A stretch of 64,000 nucleotides of DNA from assembly GCA_038231435.1 (NCBI GenBank), contig JBBRLJ010000016.1, forward strand, positions 1 to 64,000, in the 5' to 3' direction. The number at the start of each line of letters is the position of its first letter. Position 1 is the first letter of the stretch. Of the stretch, positions 7,401 through 15,814 are shown piece by piece. This stretch comes from Planctomycetota bacterium. GTDB lineage: Bacteria; Planctomycetota; UBA11346. A model generated the notes under the pieces. That model made no database searches and was not told where the DNA came from. It saw only the letters and a list, made by a program, of their open reading frames with translations. The translations under genes and the position numbers were made by a program.

Positions 7401-10154
7401 GCGGCGAAGGCTGCGAGCGACCAGAACATCAGCGAGGCCCTGGTTGACGAGATCGACCGCCTGGCGGCGCTGGTCGGCGAGCAGGACCCGGACGTCAAGG
7501 TTTGGCGCGGCAAGGCGGCGACGTACACGCGCCTGCGCAAGGCCCTCATCGTGCTCGATAGCGCGCAGCCGATCCCGAGTCGCGCCGAAGCCATGCTCGA
7601 CGAGTTCGCCAAGATCGTAGGCGAGGGGGACGACAAGATCATCCTGTGGCGGGCGAAGATCGCGCTCGTGTCCCAGCTGCGCCGCGACCTCGCGGATCTC
7701 GACAAGGTTGTGCCGTTGCCTCAGGACGCGGGCGAGAACGTCGGCGAGCTCGCGCGTCAGGTCGGCACCGAGGAGCCCGACGTGAAGCGCTGGCGTGCGA
7801 AGGTCGATCGCGTCGCCGCGCTGCGCACCGCGCTGTCGGTCGAGCTGCGCGATACCTACATCCTGCCGTCGGAGGCGCCGCGCCGCGCCGCGGAGCTGTT
7901 GACCTTGATCGGATCGAGCGAGCAGGACGTCAAGCGCTGGGCCATCCGCGTCGCTGTCCTGCAAGGTCCGACCCAGCCATCGTGGGCCACTCACTACGGC
8001 CGCGACCAGTATGGGCCATGGGCCGAGCTCACGATCAAAGGCGCGACGCAGCGCTTCCGCTACGTGCCGAGCGGCACGTTCACCATGGGCAGCCCCGACA
8101 AGGAGCGTGGGCGCGACAAGGACGAGCCGCGCGTGAAGGTGACGCTGACCCAGTCGTATTGGCTGGCCGACAGCGAATGCACGCAGGGCTTCTTCGTCGC
8201 AGTCGCCGGCAATACGCACGACAGTCGCTTCCGTGGCACTGACAAGCCGGTCGATCGCATCTCGTGGGAGGACTGCCACCGCTTCCTCAACACGCTCAAC
8301 GGCCAAGTCGCCAAGCTCGAAGCCAAGCTGCCGACCGAAGCGCAGTGGGAATACGCCGCGCGCGGCGGCTGCGACGCTCCCTATTCGAGCTACCAGGGCG
8401 CGCTCGAGGAATCCAAGCTCGAAACCATCGGCTGGTTCGCGAAGAATGCGACCAGCGGCACCAAAGACGTGAAGCGTCGTTTCCCCAACGTCCTCGGCCT
8501 TCATGACATGTACGGCAACCTCTGGGAGTGGTGCGAAGACCGCTACGGCAACTACTCGCCGACACCCGTCGAGGATTGGATCGGCCGCGAGGAGGAGAAT
8601 CACGTCGCGCGTGGTGGCTCATGGGGCGACCAGCCCAGCAAGCTGCGCGCCGCCAACCGGCTGTCGGTGAAGTCCGACATGCGCACTGTCTACATCGGCT
8701 TCCGCCTGGCAGTGCCGGTGGAATGGCCCGAGGGCAAGGCCCCGGGCCAGGGCGAGATCACCGTCTCCGCGACCGATCACCCGTACCAGCCGTTCGCTGG
8801 CGACGATACGGATCCGTCGGCGGCACCCTCGTCCGAACCGACTTCTGCGCCGCCGGCTTCAGTTCCCGAAAACCTTCCGACCACGCCGGCTTCCACGCCG
8901 GCGGCGTCCGCGAAGCCCGTGGCCGCTCCGGTCGCGGATGCGGGCAGCCCCGCCGCGGCCCCAGCCGTCGATGCGAAGCAGGTGGAATCATGGCGTGCGG
9001 CCTTGGCCAGCGCCATGACCTCAGATGCATCCCTGGAGAGCGTCGCATCGAGCGTCACTCTCGAAGTTCCGGCTGGCGTGCCGACCCTGCGTGGCCGGGT
9101 GGCCACCAATGTCCAAAAGCAGAAGGCCAGCATCTTCGCCTTCAGGGCCACCGGTGGAAAGAAGGTCGCGAACGAACTCGTGGTCGGTCCCGAGCCCGTC
9201 GCGGTGGCTCGCGTGGTCGAGCCGGCGAAGTCCCTCGCCACCACCGAACCGGTAACGGCCCCAGTCGCCGTCGCTCCCAACGTGAACCCAGCGGCAGCGG
9301 CTCCGGTCGCCGCAGATGCAGACGGCGATGCCGACGCCAAGCGTCTCGATTCCTGGCGCGCATCGTTCGCCGCCGACCTCAAGGCGGACGGAGAACTCTC
9401 GGCCCACGCCGTGCGGCTCGATCAGGAGCACGGATCGCTCGTCGTGCGCGGAAGCGTGGACACGGCGCAGCAGAAGCAGAAGGCCGGCCTGCTGGCCTTC
9501 CGCGCGACCCATGGCACGCGGGTGCTCAATGAGCTGGAGATCGGTTCGCCGCATCCGCTCGCGACTTCCGCGATTCCGGCGGTGACTGAACCGGCGAAGG
9601 CCGCGCCCAAACCGGAATCCGTGCTTCCGGCCGCCCCGACTGCGGCTCCCGCCGTGGTGGCACCGGCTCCAAGCGGCGATCCGACCAGCCAGAAGCCCAC
9701 CGCTCCAGAAGTCGCGCCCGCGGCCCCATCGCCAGCCGTGGTCGCCGAGCCGCTCGTGGCCGTGCCCGCAACGGCAACGTCCGCCCCGGTCACTGTGGCC
9801 AGCGCGACTCCGGCCCAAGCCGCAGCTGCGCTGCCCGAGCCGGTGGTGGCCGTAGCGCCCTCGCCAGTTCCGGCGGCATCTCCGACGACCCAGCCCGAGG
9901 CGGCTGTCGCCGCACTGCCGGCGCCCGAGGCCGCGCCGAGCGAGGAGTTGGCGCGGCTGCGCGGCTCCTTCGACGCGGCGATCGCCAGCGATGGCGGGGC
10001 ACGCGGCGCCAAGGACCTGCGGCTGGTGGAAGCGGTCGGCGCAGTGGTCGTGCGCGGCACCGTCCGCGACGCGGCCGAGCGCAACCGTATCGGACTGATC
10101 GCCTTCCGCGTCAGCGGCAAGCGTATCGTCAACCAGCTGGCGGTGGCTCCTTAG
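4440..10154 (+). CDS. Membrane Ser/Thr protein kinase with helical-repeat ectodomain, FGE-fold domain and three BON-like domains
   Basis: Hanks motifs LGQGGMGTVY, VALK, HRDIKPPN, DFG, GTPAYCSPEQ; TM segment WPLVAASLLVLGGGGGGYYYY; FGE motifs LPTEAQWEYAARG, GLHDMYGNLWEW, RGGSW, GFRL; three xRGxV...V-x-N-E/Q-L modules. Confidence 0.9.
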   Translation: MAMSDSKKPDEQPAKKSESADASRENGKETKVTRKTLSSDPTMPIKLDRSMFKKPLPGKPNPAATAPTEPGVPVLKDETAPAAKSNATTGVKSDGKSAKTQSGDEWLGTEQTMVGLPKPTTTKIKIASMDEGEDWLGREATMMPTSRPSADAAAEAKAKDKAAEEWLGNESTMVGMPAPKMTPPGGAAGADEEWVGREATMLGMQAGGGDLSIETPADKKQGSTTSGSRTGSGTRGTSPAMDDGWHLKGKQGPLTGKSLNDYEIGGILGQGGMGTVYRARQISLKRRVALKVLPPHLSHDPNLRSRFEQEARTASLLNTPHVVQVFAAGCQGDEVYFVMEYVEGTDLSEIINEKKARNEKMTAEESAGYILQAARGLAEAGKHNIVHRDIKPPNLMVTTKGVVKIADFGISKVTGEQGMTMTGTAVGTPAYCSPEQGRGDLVDCRADIYSLGVVFFELLTGQKPFDGTTANALIYQHNYAEPPLPTSIDASISEQYQAVVMKCLQKDPAKRYQDAAELVTDLERIRDGSMSLTAVFSAKFGTGADEAMSRYLGVKKRRMWPLVAASLLVLGGGGGGYYYYSELQEKRHVDRAELDLVTRMLSPLNLAAPVPASADGDLKKLARLKGEKDADVIRYTVKLKKVRDLQARLARLDAVDTVPAALRSESEKDLDGYQDLVGTKGADIARWGLKLEAARADAAQLRTTLAEIDSAAYLTVAMRERLDPGLTRLKALVGEGDGDVQRWTTKFADFQERLTKLKASLAALDAPDAVIGEAQVARLASELESLRLATGGSDADAQRWQDKLAQAGERIARLRKSLTRLDGGGDYVTTALHVALGADLDEYKGLVDAGDPELKRWLTRVHDSVEYVKQLRVQLAPLDQPEALMVSDHPIYQSQLERLRVVVGEDDGQVKSWTRKLGGAKDFVSGLRVTLARLEKDEPLKVEEQDACEKALASLDAIGGLSSDQKRFYARRLGEERQRVKELRDDLAAKAASDQNISEALVDEIDRLAALVGEQDPDVKVWRGKAATYTRLRKALIVLDSAQPIPSRAEAMLDEFAKIVGEGDDKIILWRAKIALVSQLRRDLADLDKVVPLPQDAGENVGELARQVGTEEPDVKRWRAKVDRVAALRTALSVELRDTYILPSEAPRRAAELLTLIGSSEQDVKRWAIRVAVLQGPTQPSWATHYGRDQYGPWAELTIKGATQRFRYVPSGTFTMGSPDKERGRDKDEPRVKVTLTQSYWLADSECTQGFFVAVAGNTHDSRFRGTDKPVDRISWEDCHRFLNTLNGQVAKLEAKLPTEAQWEYAARGGCDAPYSSYQGALEESKLETIGWFAKNATSGTKDVKRRFPNVLGLHDMYGNLWEWCEDRYGNYSPTPVEDWIGREEENHVARGGSWGDQPSKLRAANRLSVKSDMRTVYIGFRLAVPVEWPEGKAPGQGEITVSATDHPYQPFAGDDTDPSAAPSSEPTSAPPASVPENLPTTPASTPAASAKPVAAPVADAGSPAAAPAVDAKQVESWRAALASAMTSDASLESVASSVTLEVPAGVPTLRGRVATNVQKQKASIFAFRATGGKKVANELVVGPEPVAVARVVEPAKSLATTEPVTAPVAVAPNVNPAAAAPVAADADGDADAKRLDSWRASFAADLKADGELSAHAVRLDQEHGSLVVRGSVDTAQQKQKAGLLAFRATHGTRVLNELEIGSPHPLATSAIPAVTEPAKAAPKPESVLPAAPTAAPAVVAPAPSGDPTSQKPTAPEVAPAAPSPAVVAEPLVAVPATATSAPVTVASATPAQAAAALPEPVVAVAPSPVPAASPTTQPEAAVAALPAPEAAPSEELARLRGSFDAAIASDGGARGAKDLRLVEAVGAVVVRGTVRDAAERNRIGLIAFRVSGKRIVNQLAVAP

Positions 10155-10252
10155 CAGGCTGTTCCTGGCAGGCTGCTCCGTGCAGGCTGTGAAGGAGCGC
10201 CGCGACTCCGCGGGCGAGTAGCGTACACGGCGAGAGCGGCTACCGTCCGCGC

Positions 10253-10429
10253 ATGGACCGCCGCCGCGCCGCCGTGCTTGCGTTCGCCGTGGCGGCGATG
10301 GTCGTCGCCACGGTGATTTTCAAGCTGCGCGTGTTCGCGGCTTTCGGCAAGTACATCCTGATGCTGCTCGCCATCGTGGCGGTGGTGGCGTTGATCGCGG
10401 CGATGTTCGGACGCGACGATCAGCGCTGA
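10253..10429 (+). CDS. Small (58 aa) two-TM membrane protein, not in the ORF track
   Basis: Translated by hand: MDRRRAAVLAFAVAAMVVATVIFKLRVFAAFGKYILMLLAIVAVVALIAAMFGRDDQR; GC3-rich codons. Confidence 0.6.
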   Translation: MDRRRAAVLAFAVAAMVVATVIFKLRVFAAFGKYILMLLAIVAVVALIAAMFGRDDQR

Positions 10430-10500
10430 TCGCCACTCCACGACACCCGCCGTGGGACGTTTTCCCTTGCCGCACGTGCCTCACCTGCGATACGACACCC

Positions 10501-11232
10501 ATGGCAGCGAATGATCCCCAGGCTCCATCGATCCCTGGTTCCAGCGCCGAATCGCCCGCCGGCTGGGATCCGGTATGGGAGAAGGTCTTCAGCAGCCAGG
10601 CGTGGGGAAAATATCCCGGCGAGGACCTGATCCGCTTCGTTGCCCGGAATTTCTACAAGGCGCCTGACCGCAAGGCCGTGCGTATTCTGGAAGTGGGCAG
10701 CGGGCCGGGCGCGAACCTGTGGTTCGTGGCGCGGGAAGGCTTCAGCGCCTACGGGATCGAAGGATCCGCCACCGCCGTGGCCCAGTCCATCAAACGCCTC
10801 GACGACGAGGTCGGGGGCTGGAGCGGGAAGATCGTGCAAGGCGACTTCAACCGACTGCCGTTCGCCGATGCCGAGTTCGATGCCGTCATCGACATCGAGG
10901 CGATCTACTGCAATGCGTTCGAGAATTCACGGCGCATCATCGCGGGAATACGTCGCGTGCTCAAGCCCCGGGGCCTGTTCTATTCGCGGACCTTCGCGCA
11001 GGGCTGCATGGGCGACGGCACCGGAGAACCGGTCGGGCACCACGCCTGGAAGGTCGCCGAGGGGCCGCTGCTCGGGAAAGGCTATTCGCGATTCAGCGAC
11101 GCCGATGATATCGAGCGGCTATATGGCGAGGGATTCACGATCGAGGAGCTCGAGCTGAACTCGCGTACGGTGGGAGGGCACCGCTCGGGGCATCATGTGA
11201 TCGAGTGGTCGGTCACCGCGCGGAAGGTGTGA
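10501..11232 (+). CDS. Class I SAM-dependent methyltransferase
   Basis: Motif I ILEVGSGPGAN, GIEGS, GDFNRLPFADAEFDAVI, RVLKPRG. Confidence 0.9.
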   Translation: MAANDPQAPSIPGSSAESPAGWDPVWEKVFSSQAWGKYPGEDLIRFVARNFYKAPDRKAVRILEVGSGPGANLWFVAREGFSAYGIEGSATAVAQSIKRLDDEVGGWSGKIVQGDFNRLPFADAEFDAVIDIEAIYCNAFENSRRIIAGIRRVLKPRGLFYSRTFAQGCMGDGTGEPVGHHAWKVAEGPLLGKGYSRFSDADDIERLYGEGFTIEELELNSRTVGGHRSGHHVIEWSVTARKV

Positions 11233-11233
11233 T

Positions 11234-12727
11234 TCAGCTGGCGCCAGGCGTTGGCGCTGCGGCGGCCAGCCGCACAGCCGCCGCCTCGGCCTGCGCGCAT
11301 ATGTCCGGGATGCCCACGCCGTCATAGCCATTGCCGATCAGGGCCAGGCCCGGCACGGCGCGCTCACGCGCGCGGATCGCGGCCACCCGCGCGAGGTGGC
11401 CAAGGTCATACTGCGGCATCGATCGCGGCATGCGCGAGACGCGTGCGAACAGCGGCGGCGAAGCGATGCCCAGCCAGCGGCCGAGCTCCTCGACCGCGAT
11501 GCGGACGAGCGCCTGGTCGTCGTGCGCGAGCGCGCCTGGGCGGAGCGCGCCGCCGACGAACGCGCGGATGAGCGCGATGCCGTCGGGAACCCGACCGGCG
11601 AATTTCCGATCGACGAAGCTCGCGGCGATGAGCTCGCGCCCCTCGACTGCGGGCACCACGAATCCAGCGGCTTCGGGCAGGCGCGCGATGGCCGCGCGCG
11701 GCCAGGCGAGATTGATGGTCGCGACATCGTGGTAGCGGATTGCGCCGAGCTCATCGGCCAAGCTCGCATCCACCGGGCGACACAACGCGGCGGCGACATG
11801 CGCGGGACCTGCGACGACGACGATATCAGCCTGGATCGTTCCCTGATCGGTCATGATACGGAAACCCGATCCGGCGCCGGGAGCCCAGCGCTCGATGGCA
11901 GTCACGCTCGTACCCAGGCGGAGTTCGCAGGCTCGACCCGCATCGATGCCCGCCTCCGGGAGCGACAGCTGCTCGACGAGGCGCTCGATCAGGCGTCCGA
12001 GCCCGCCGCGCAGGCTGGCGAATAGGCCGTAGCGCGCGCCGCTCGCGGGAGCTTCGCGCGCGCGCGCGCGCGCCGCCAGCGACAGGCTGCGATGCGCGCG
12101 TTCCATCTCGGCGATCTGCGGCATCGCGGCGGCGACGCTGAGCAGCTCGGGATCCGCGGTGTGGATGCCCCCGACCAGCGGCTGCGCGAGCCGCGCCAGC
12201 GCCTCGCGGCCCAGGCGCCGGCGCACCAGCGCGGCGAGGCTCTCGTCGGGAGCGTCGGCCGCGCGCCTGGGCAACACCAGATCGATCATCATGCGCAGCT
12301 TGCCCGGCCAGCTCACCAGCGGCGAGGCGAGGAACGGGAGCCAGCGGCCGGGAGCGAGCAGGTAGAAGCCATCGGGGACGGGATGCAGATCCCAGCCGCG
12401 CGCGATCAGGCTGCGGCGCGCTTCCGGACGCGTCGACACCAGCTCGTCGGACAGGCCGAGATCCTCGACCAGGCGCATGCCCGCGGGTTTTGTGCGCAGG
12501 AACGCGTCGGCGCCGTGTTCGAGCAGCAGCTCGCCGGAGACCTCGGCCCAAGCGCCCGCATCCGTGGCACGGCCCGCGGTTTCGCGGCTCGACCACAGCA
12601 GCCCGCCCCAACGCGGCGATGCCTCGAGGATGGTGATCGATGCGTCCGGCAGACGGCGGCGCAAGCGGAAGGCGACCGCGAGTCCGCCGATGCCGCCGCC
12701 GACCACGACGATGCGTTGCGTGGCCAT
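11234..12727 (-). CDS. hemY: Protoporphyrinogen/coproporphyrinogen oxidase (HemY type)
   Basis: VVVGGGIGGL FAD motif, EHGADAF, SMPQYDLGH, GNGYDGVGIPDI; directly downstream of hemE. Confidence 0.9.
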   Translation of the reverse strand: MATQRIVVVGGGIGGLAVAFRLRRRLPDASITILEASPRWGGLLWSSRETAGRATDAGAWAEVSGELLLEHGADAFLRTKPAGMRLVEDLGLSDELVSTRPEARRSLIARGWDLHPVPDGFYLLAPGRWLPFLASPLVSWPGKLRMMIDLVLPRRAADAPDESLAALVRRRLGREALARLAQPLVGGIHTADPELLSVAAAMPQIAEMERAHRSLSLAARARAREAPASGARYGLFASLRGGLGRLIERLVEQLSLPEAGIDAGRACELRLGTSVTAIERWAPGAGSGFRIMTDQGTIQADIVVVAGPAHVAAALCRPVDASLADELGAIRYHDVATINLAWPRAAIARLPEAAGFVVPAVEGRELIAASFVDRKFAGRVPDGIALIRAFVGGALRPGALAHDDQALVRIAVEELGRWLGIASPPLFARVSRMPRSMPQYDLGHLARVAAIRARERAVPGLALIGNGYDGVGIPDICAQAEAAAVRLAAAAPTPGAS

Positions 12728-12732
12728 CCGGT

Positions 12733-13845
12733 TCACCGGACGCGCGCGCTCGCGGCGTGGACGTGCTCGACCAGCGCCTTGGCCTGATCGGGGTCGGTCT
12801 CCTTGAACACGCCATGCCCGAGATTGAAGATGTGACCGGGGCGCGACGCTACGGCGGCGAGTACGCGGTCGGCGCCGGCGAGCAGCCGGTCGCGCGGCGC
12901 CAGCAGCAGGCACGGATCAAGGTTCCCCTGGACGGACAGGTTCTCGCCGCGGGCTCCGCGCAGCGCGAACGCCGCGGCGAGATCGCCAGCGGAGTCGATG
13001 CCGATGACGTCGGCTCCACAGCTGGCGATCAGATCGGTCAGGTGCGAGGCGCCGGCGCCGAACGCGATGCTCGGCACGCCCTCGGGCACGCCCGCGAGCA
13101 GGCGCGTCAGGTGCGGAGCGACGAATTCGCTGAAGTCCTCTCGCGTCAGGGCTCCGGCCCAGCTCTCGAAGACCTGGATGCAGCTCGCGCCCGCGGCGAC
13201 CTGGCGGCCGAGATAGATGATGAGCGTATCGACCAGCACGCGCATCAGTCGATCCCAGGCCGCGCGCTCGCGGTACATGAAGGCCTTGGTGCGTGCGAAC
13301 TGACGGCTGCCGCCGCCCTCGATCGCGTAGGACGCGAGGGTGAACGGTCCGCCGCAGAAGCCGATGCACGGGATCGCGCGCGGCGAGCCGGCGACGGTCA
13401 GCTGCACGGCTTCGTACACGTAGGTGAGATCTGCCGCCGCCTGCACCGGATCAGCGAGCGCGTCGACATGAGCGAGGGAGGCGATCGGCTTGGGCAGGCG
13501 CGGGCCGTCGCCCTCGGCGAATTCGAGGGGCAGGCCGAGCGCCTCGAGGATCACCAGGATGTCGCTGAACACGATCGCCGCGTCCACGCCGAGCCATGCG
13601 CGGGCGTAGAGCGCGACCTCGGCGCACAGCTCGGGCCGCTTGCACAGCGCGAGGAACGAGGAGGCGGATCGGATGCCGCGATAGTGCTGCATGTAGCGGC
13701 CTGCCTGCCGCATCAGCCACACCGGCGTGCGCTCGACCGACTCGCCGCGGCACGCACGTAGGAAGGTGCTGTTCCACAATTCGGCCGGCAGGCCGAGCCG
13801 GTTGCCAGATGCGCGGATGCCTGTTCTCGCCAGTGTCGCGGACAT
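12733..13845 (-). CDS. hemE: Uroporphyrinogen decarboxylase
   Basis: PVWLMRQAGRY, AAIVFSDIL, GGPFTLASY, QGNLDP, HIFNLGHG. Confidence 0.95.
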   Translation of the reverse strand: MSATLARTGIRASGNRLGLPAELWNSTFLRACRGESVERTPVWLMRQAGRYMQHYRGIRSASSFLALCKRPELCAEVALYARAWLGVDAAIVFSDILVILEALGLPLEFAEGDGPRLPKPIASLAHVDALADPVQAAADLTYVYEAVQLTVAGSPRAIPCIGFCGGPFTLASYAIEGGGSRQFARTKAFMYRERAAWDRLMRVLVDTLIIYLGRQVAAGASCIQVFESWAGALTREDFSEFVAPHLTRLLAGVPEGVPSIAFGAGASHLTDLIASCGADVIGIDSAGDLAAAFALRGARGENLSVQGNLDPCLLLAPRDRLLAGADRVLAAVASRPGHIFNLGHGVFKETDPDQAKALVEHVHAASARVR

Positions 13846-14123
13846 GGCGCGCAGCCTAGCAGGCTGGGCCAAAACCACAGCCGGCCAGGATTCAGGCGTT
13901 CGCCATCGCTGCAGTCGCCGACGGTGCCGTGGGGCGGCCGCCTGGTACGCCAGCGCAAGTGCCACCACTTCCACTTCAGGAGGCGAAGCGCAGATGCAGG
14001 CAGCGCGTGGCGCGCAGGGCGACGTCGAGCGCGCGCTCGGTCAGCGGCATGCCGCCATCGTGATCGGGGACCACGGAGGCTCCATCGCCTTTTCGGCGCG
14101 GCTCCGACATGCCCGCTCGCAAT

Positions 14124-15548
14124 TCACCGCCGAGGTCGCAGCGCCTCGGGGTTCGCGGCGAGCAGGCCGAAGAACGCCGTCTGCGCTTTGATCGCCGAGA
14201 GCAGATCGCCGAGATGCACCGATTCGTTCTCGGAGTGCGCAGCGCATGCCGGGTCCTCGACCCCGAGCAGCAGCGCCGGGATGCCGCCGAGACGCGCGGT
14301 GAATTCGCCGACGAAGGGGATGCTGGCTCCGCAGCCCATGTACACCGGTTCGGCTCCGTAGCCGGTGCGCAGGGCTTCGAGCGCCAGCGCGAACACCGGG
14401 TGCTCGGGCGAGGTCGCCCACGGCGCGCCCAGGCTGGCTGGCGTGAACGAGAGCTCCATCCCTGCCGGCGCACGCGCGCGCAGGTGCTCGGTGAGCAGCC
14501 GGTAGGTCTCGTCGGCATCCATGTCGGGAACGATGCGTACGCCGATGCGCGCCCAGGCGGCGTCCATCACCACGTTGCCGGTCTGGCCGCGCGTGCCGGC
14601 CTGGATGCCGTTCACAGCCAGCGACGGTTCGCGCCACAGGCGCGCGTAGAGCTCGCCTCCGGCCGCGGGCAACGCCTCCGCCGGCGAGGTTCCGAGCAGG
14701 CCGGCCTGCTCGGCGAAACGCGCGCGGTCATAGGGCAGGCGCGCGAAGGCGCGGCTCTCGGCGGGACTCGGCGGCCGGACCTTGGCGGTGAGTCCGTCGA
14801 CGGTGATGCGGCCATCGGCGTCGCTGAGCGAGGCGATCATGCGGCACAGGGCCTGGGTCGGATCCGGCACGGCGCCGCCCCACATGCCGGAATGCACCGG
14901 CGTGCGCAGGGCGCGCAGCTCGACCTCGACGCCGACATGGCCGCGCAGGCTGGTGGTCAGCGACGGCAGACCGGTGTCGAAATTCTGCAGGTCCGCGATG
15001 ACCACGCAGTCTGCGGCGAGTTCGCTAGCATGGGCATCGAGGAACTGGCTGAAGTGGTGCGAGCCGATCTCCTCCTCGCCCTCGACCACCAGCGTCAGGT
15101 TCACTGGCGGCGCGCCGGCGGTGGCGTTCCACGCCGCGGCGCTCGCCGCATGCACGGCGATGCCGCCCTTGTCGTCGGCCGCGCCGCGGCCGGACCGGCG
15201 GCCGTCGCGCTCGACGGCGGTGAATGGGGGCGTGCGCCACAAGGCCTCGCGCAGCGGCGGTTGGACATCGTGGTGGGCATACAGCGCAACGGTCGGTCGT
15301 CCGGGCCCCGCGCGGTGATCCTTGGCGATGACGTAGGGGAGCACCCCGGGTAGGCGCGCGATGCGCACGTCGGGAAAGCCGGCTCGCACCAGCCACGCGA
15401 CCGTGGCCTCGGCGCTGCGCTCGACGGCGGCCGGATCGAAACCCGCGAAGCTGCACGAGGGGATCGCGACCAGATCCTTCAGCTGTTGGACGGTGTCCGG
15501 AAAGGCTCGTTCTGCGGCGCGGAGCGCCTTGGCGATATCAGCGGTCAT
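14124..15548 (-). CDS. M20 family metallopeptidase (dipeptidase-like)
   Basis: YAHHDVQP, GRGAADDKG, EGEEEIGS, HSGMWGG, AHSENES. Confidence 0.9.
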   Translation of the reverse strand: MTADIAKALRAAERAFPDTVQQLKDLVAIPSCSFAGFDPAAVERSAEATVAWLVRAGFPDVRIARLPGVLPYVIAKDHRAGPGRPTVALYAHHDVQPPLREALWRTPPFTAVERDGRRSGRGAADDKGGIAVHAASAAAWNATAGAPPVNLTLVVEGEEEIGSHHFSQFLDAHASELAADCVVIADLQNFDTGLPSLTTSLRGHVGVEVELRALRTPVHSGMWGGAVPDPTQALCRMIASLSDADGRITVDGLTAKVRPPSPAESRAFARLPYDRARFAEQAGLLGTSPAEALPAAGGELYARLWREPSLAVNGIQAGTRGQTGNVVMDAAWARIGVRIVPDMDADETYRLLTEHLRARAPAGMELSFTPASLGAPWATSPEHPVFALALEALRTGYGAEPVYMGCGASIPFVGEFTARLGGIPALLLGVEDPACAAHSENESVHLGDLLSAIKAQTAFFGLLAANPEALRPRR

Positions 15549-15755
15549 GGCGGGGGAGTATCGGGGAGTCGGCACCGAGACCAGGCGGTGCCCGATCTGG
15601 CGACCTGCTGACAAGAAATGGCAGGGCACTGACATTCGTCGTCCATCCAGTGACGAACCACGACCGATGAGCACGGAATGAGGACATTATAGCCAAAAAA
15701 ATCACACAAGAACGCCAAAACGATAATCTACGGTGAGGTTAGCGGATTCGAATAC

Positions 15756-15771
15756 TGGCATGACCGGTGCG
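15756..15771 (+). promoter_or_regulatory. Putative sigma54 -24/-12 promoter of pilin 1
   Basis: TGGCATGACCGGTGCG: GG-N10-GC, about 44 nt before the ATG. Confidence 0.6.
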
Positions 15772-15814
15772 ATGATCCATCAACATCCACCGTACCAACT
15801 GCTAGGAGTCTCCC

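Noticed and set aside
2812..8720. FGE/CLec-fold domains as diversity-generating retroelement targets
   Set aside because: No reverse transcriptase and no template-repeat copy differing at adenines is visible in the window. A remote DGR cannot be excluded.
13846..14123. Possible small ORF between the M20 peptidase and hemE
   Set aside because: No convincing RBS, codon bias or motif in any frame.
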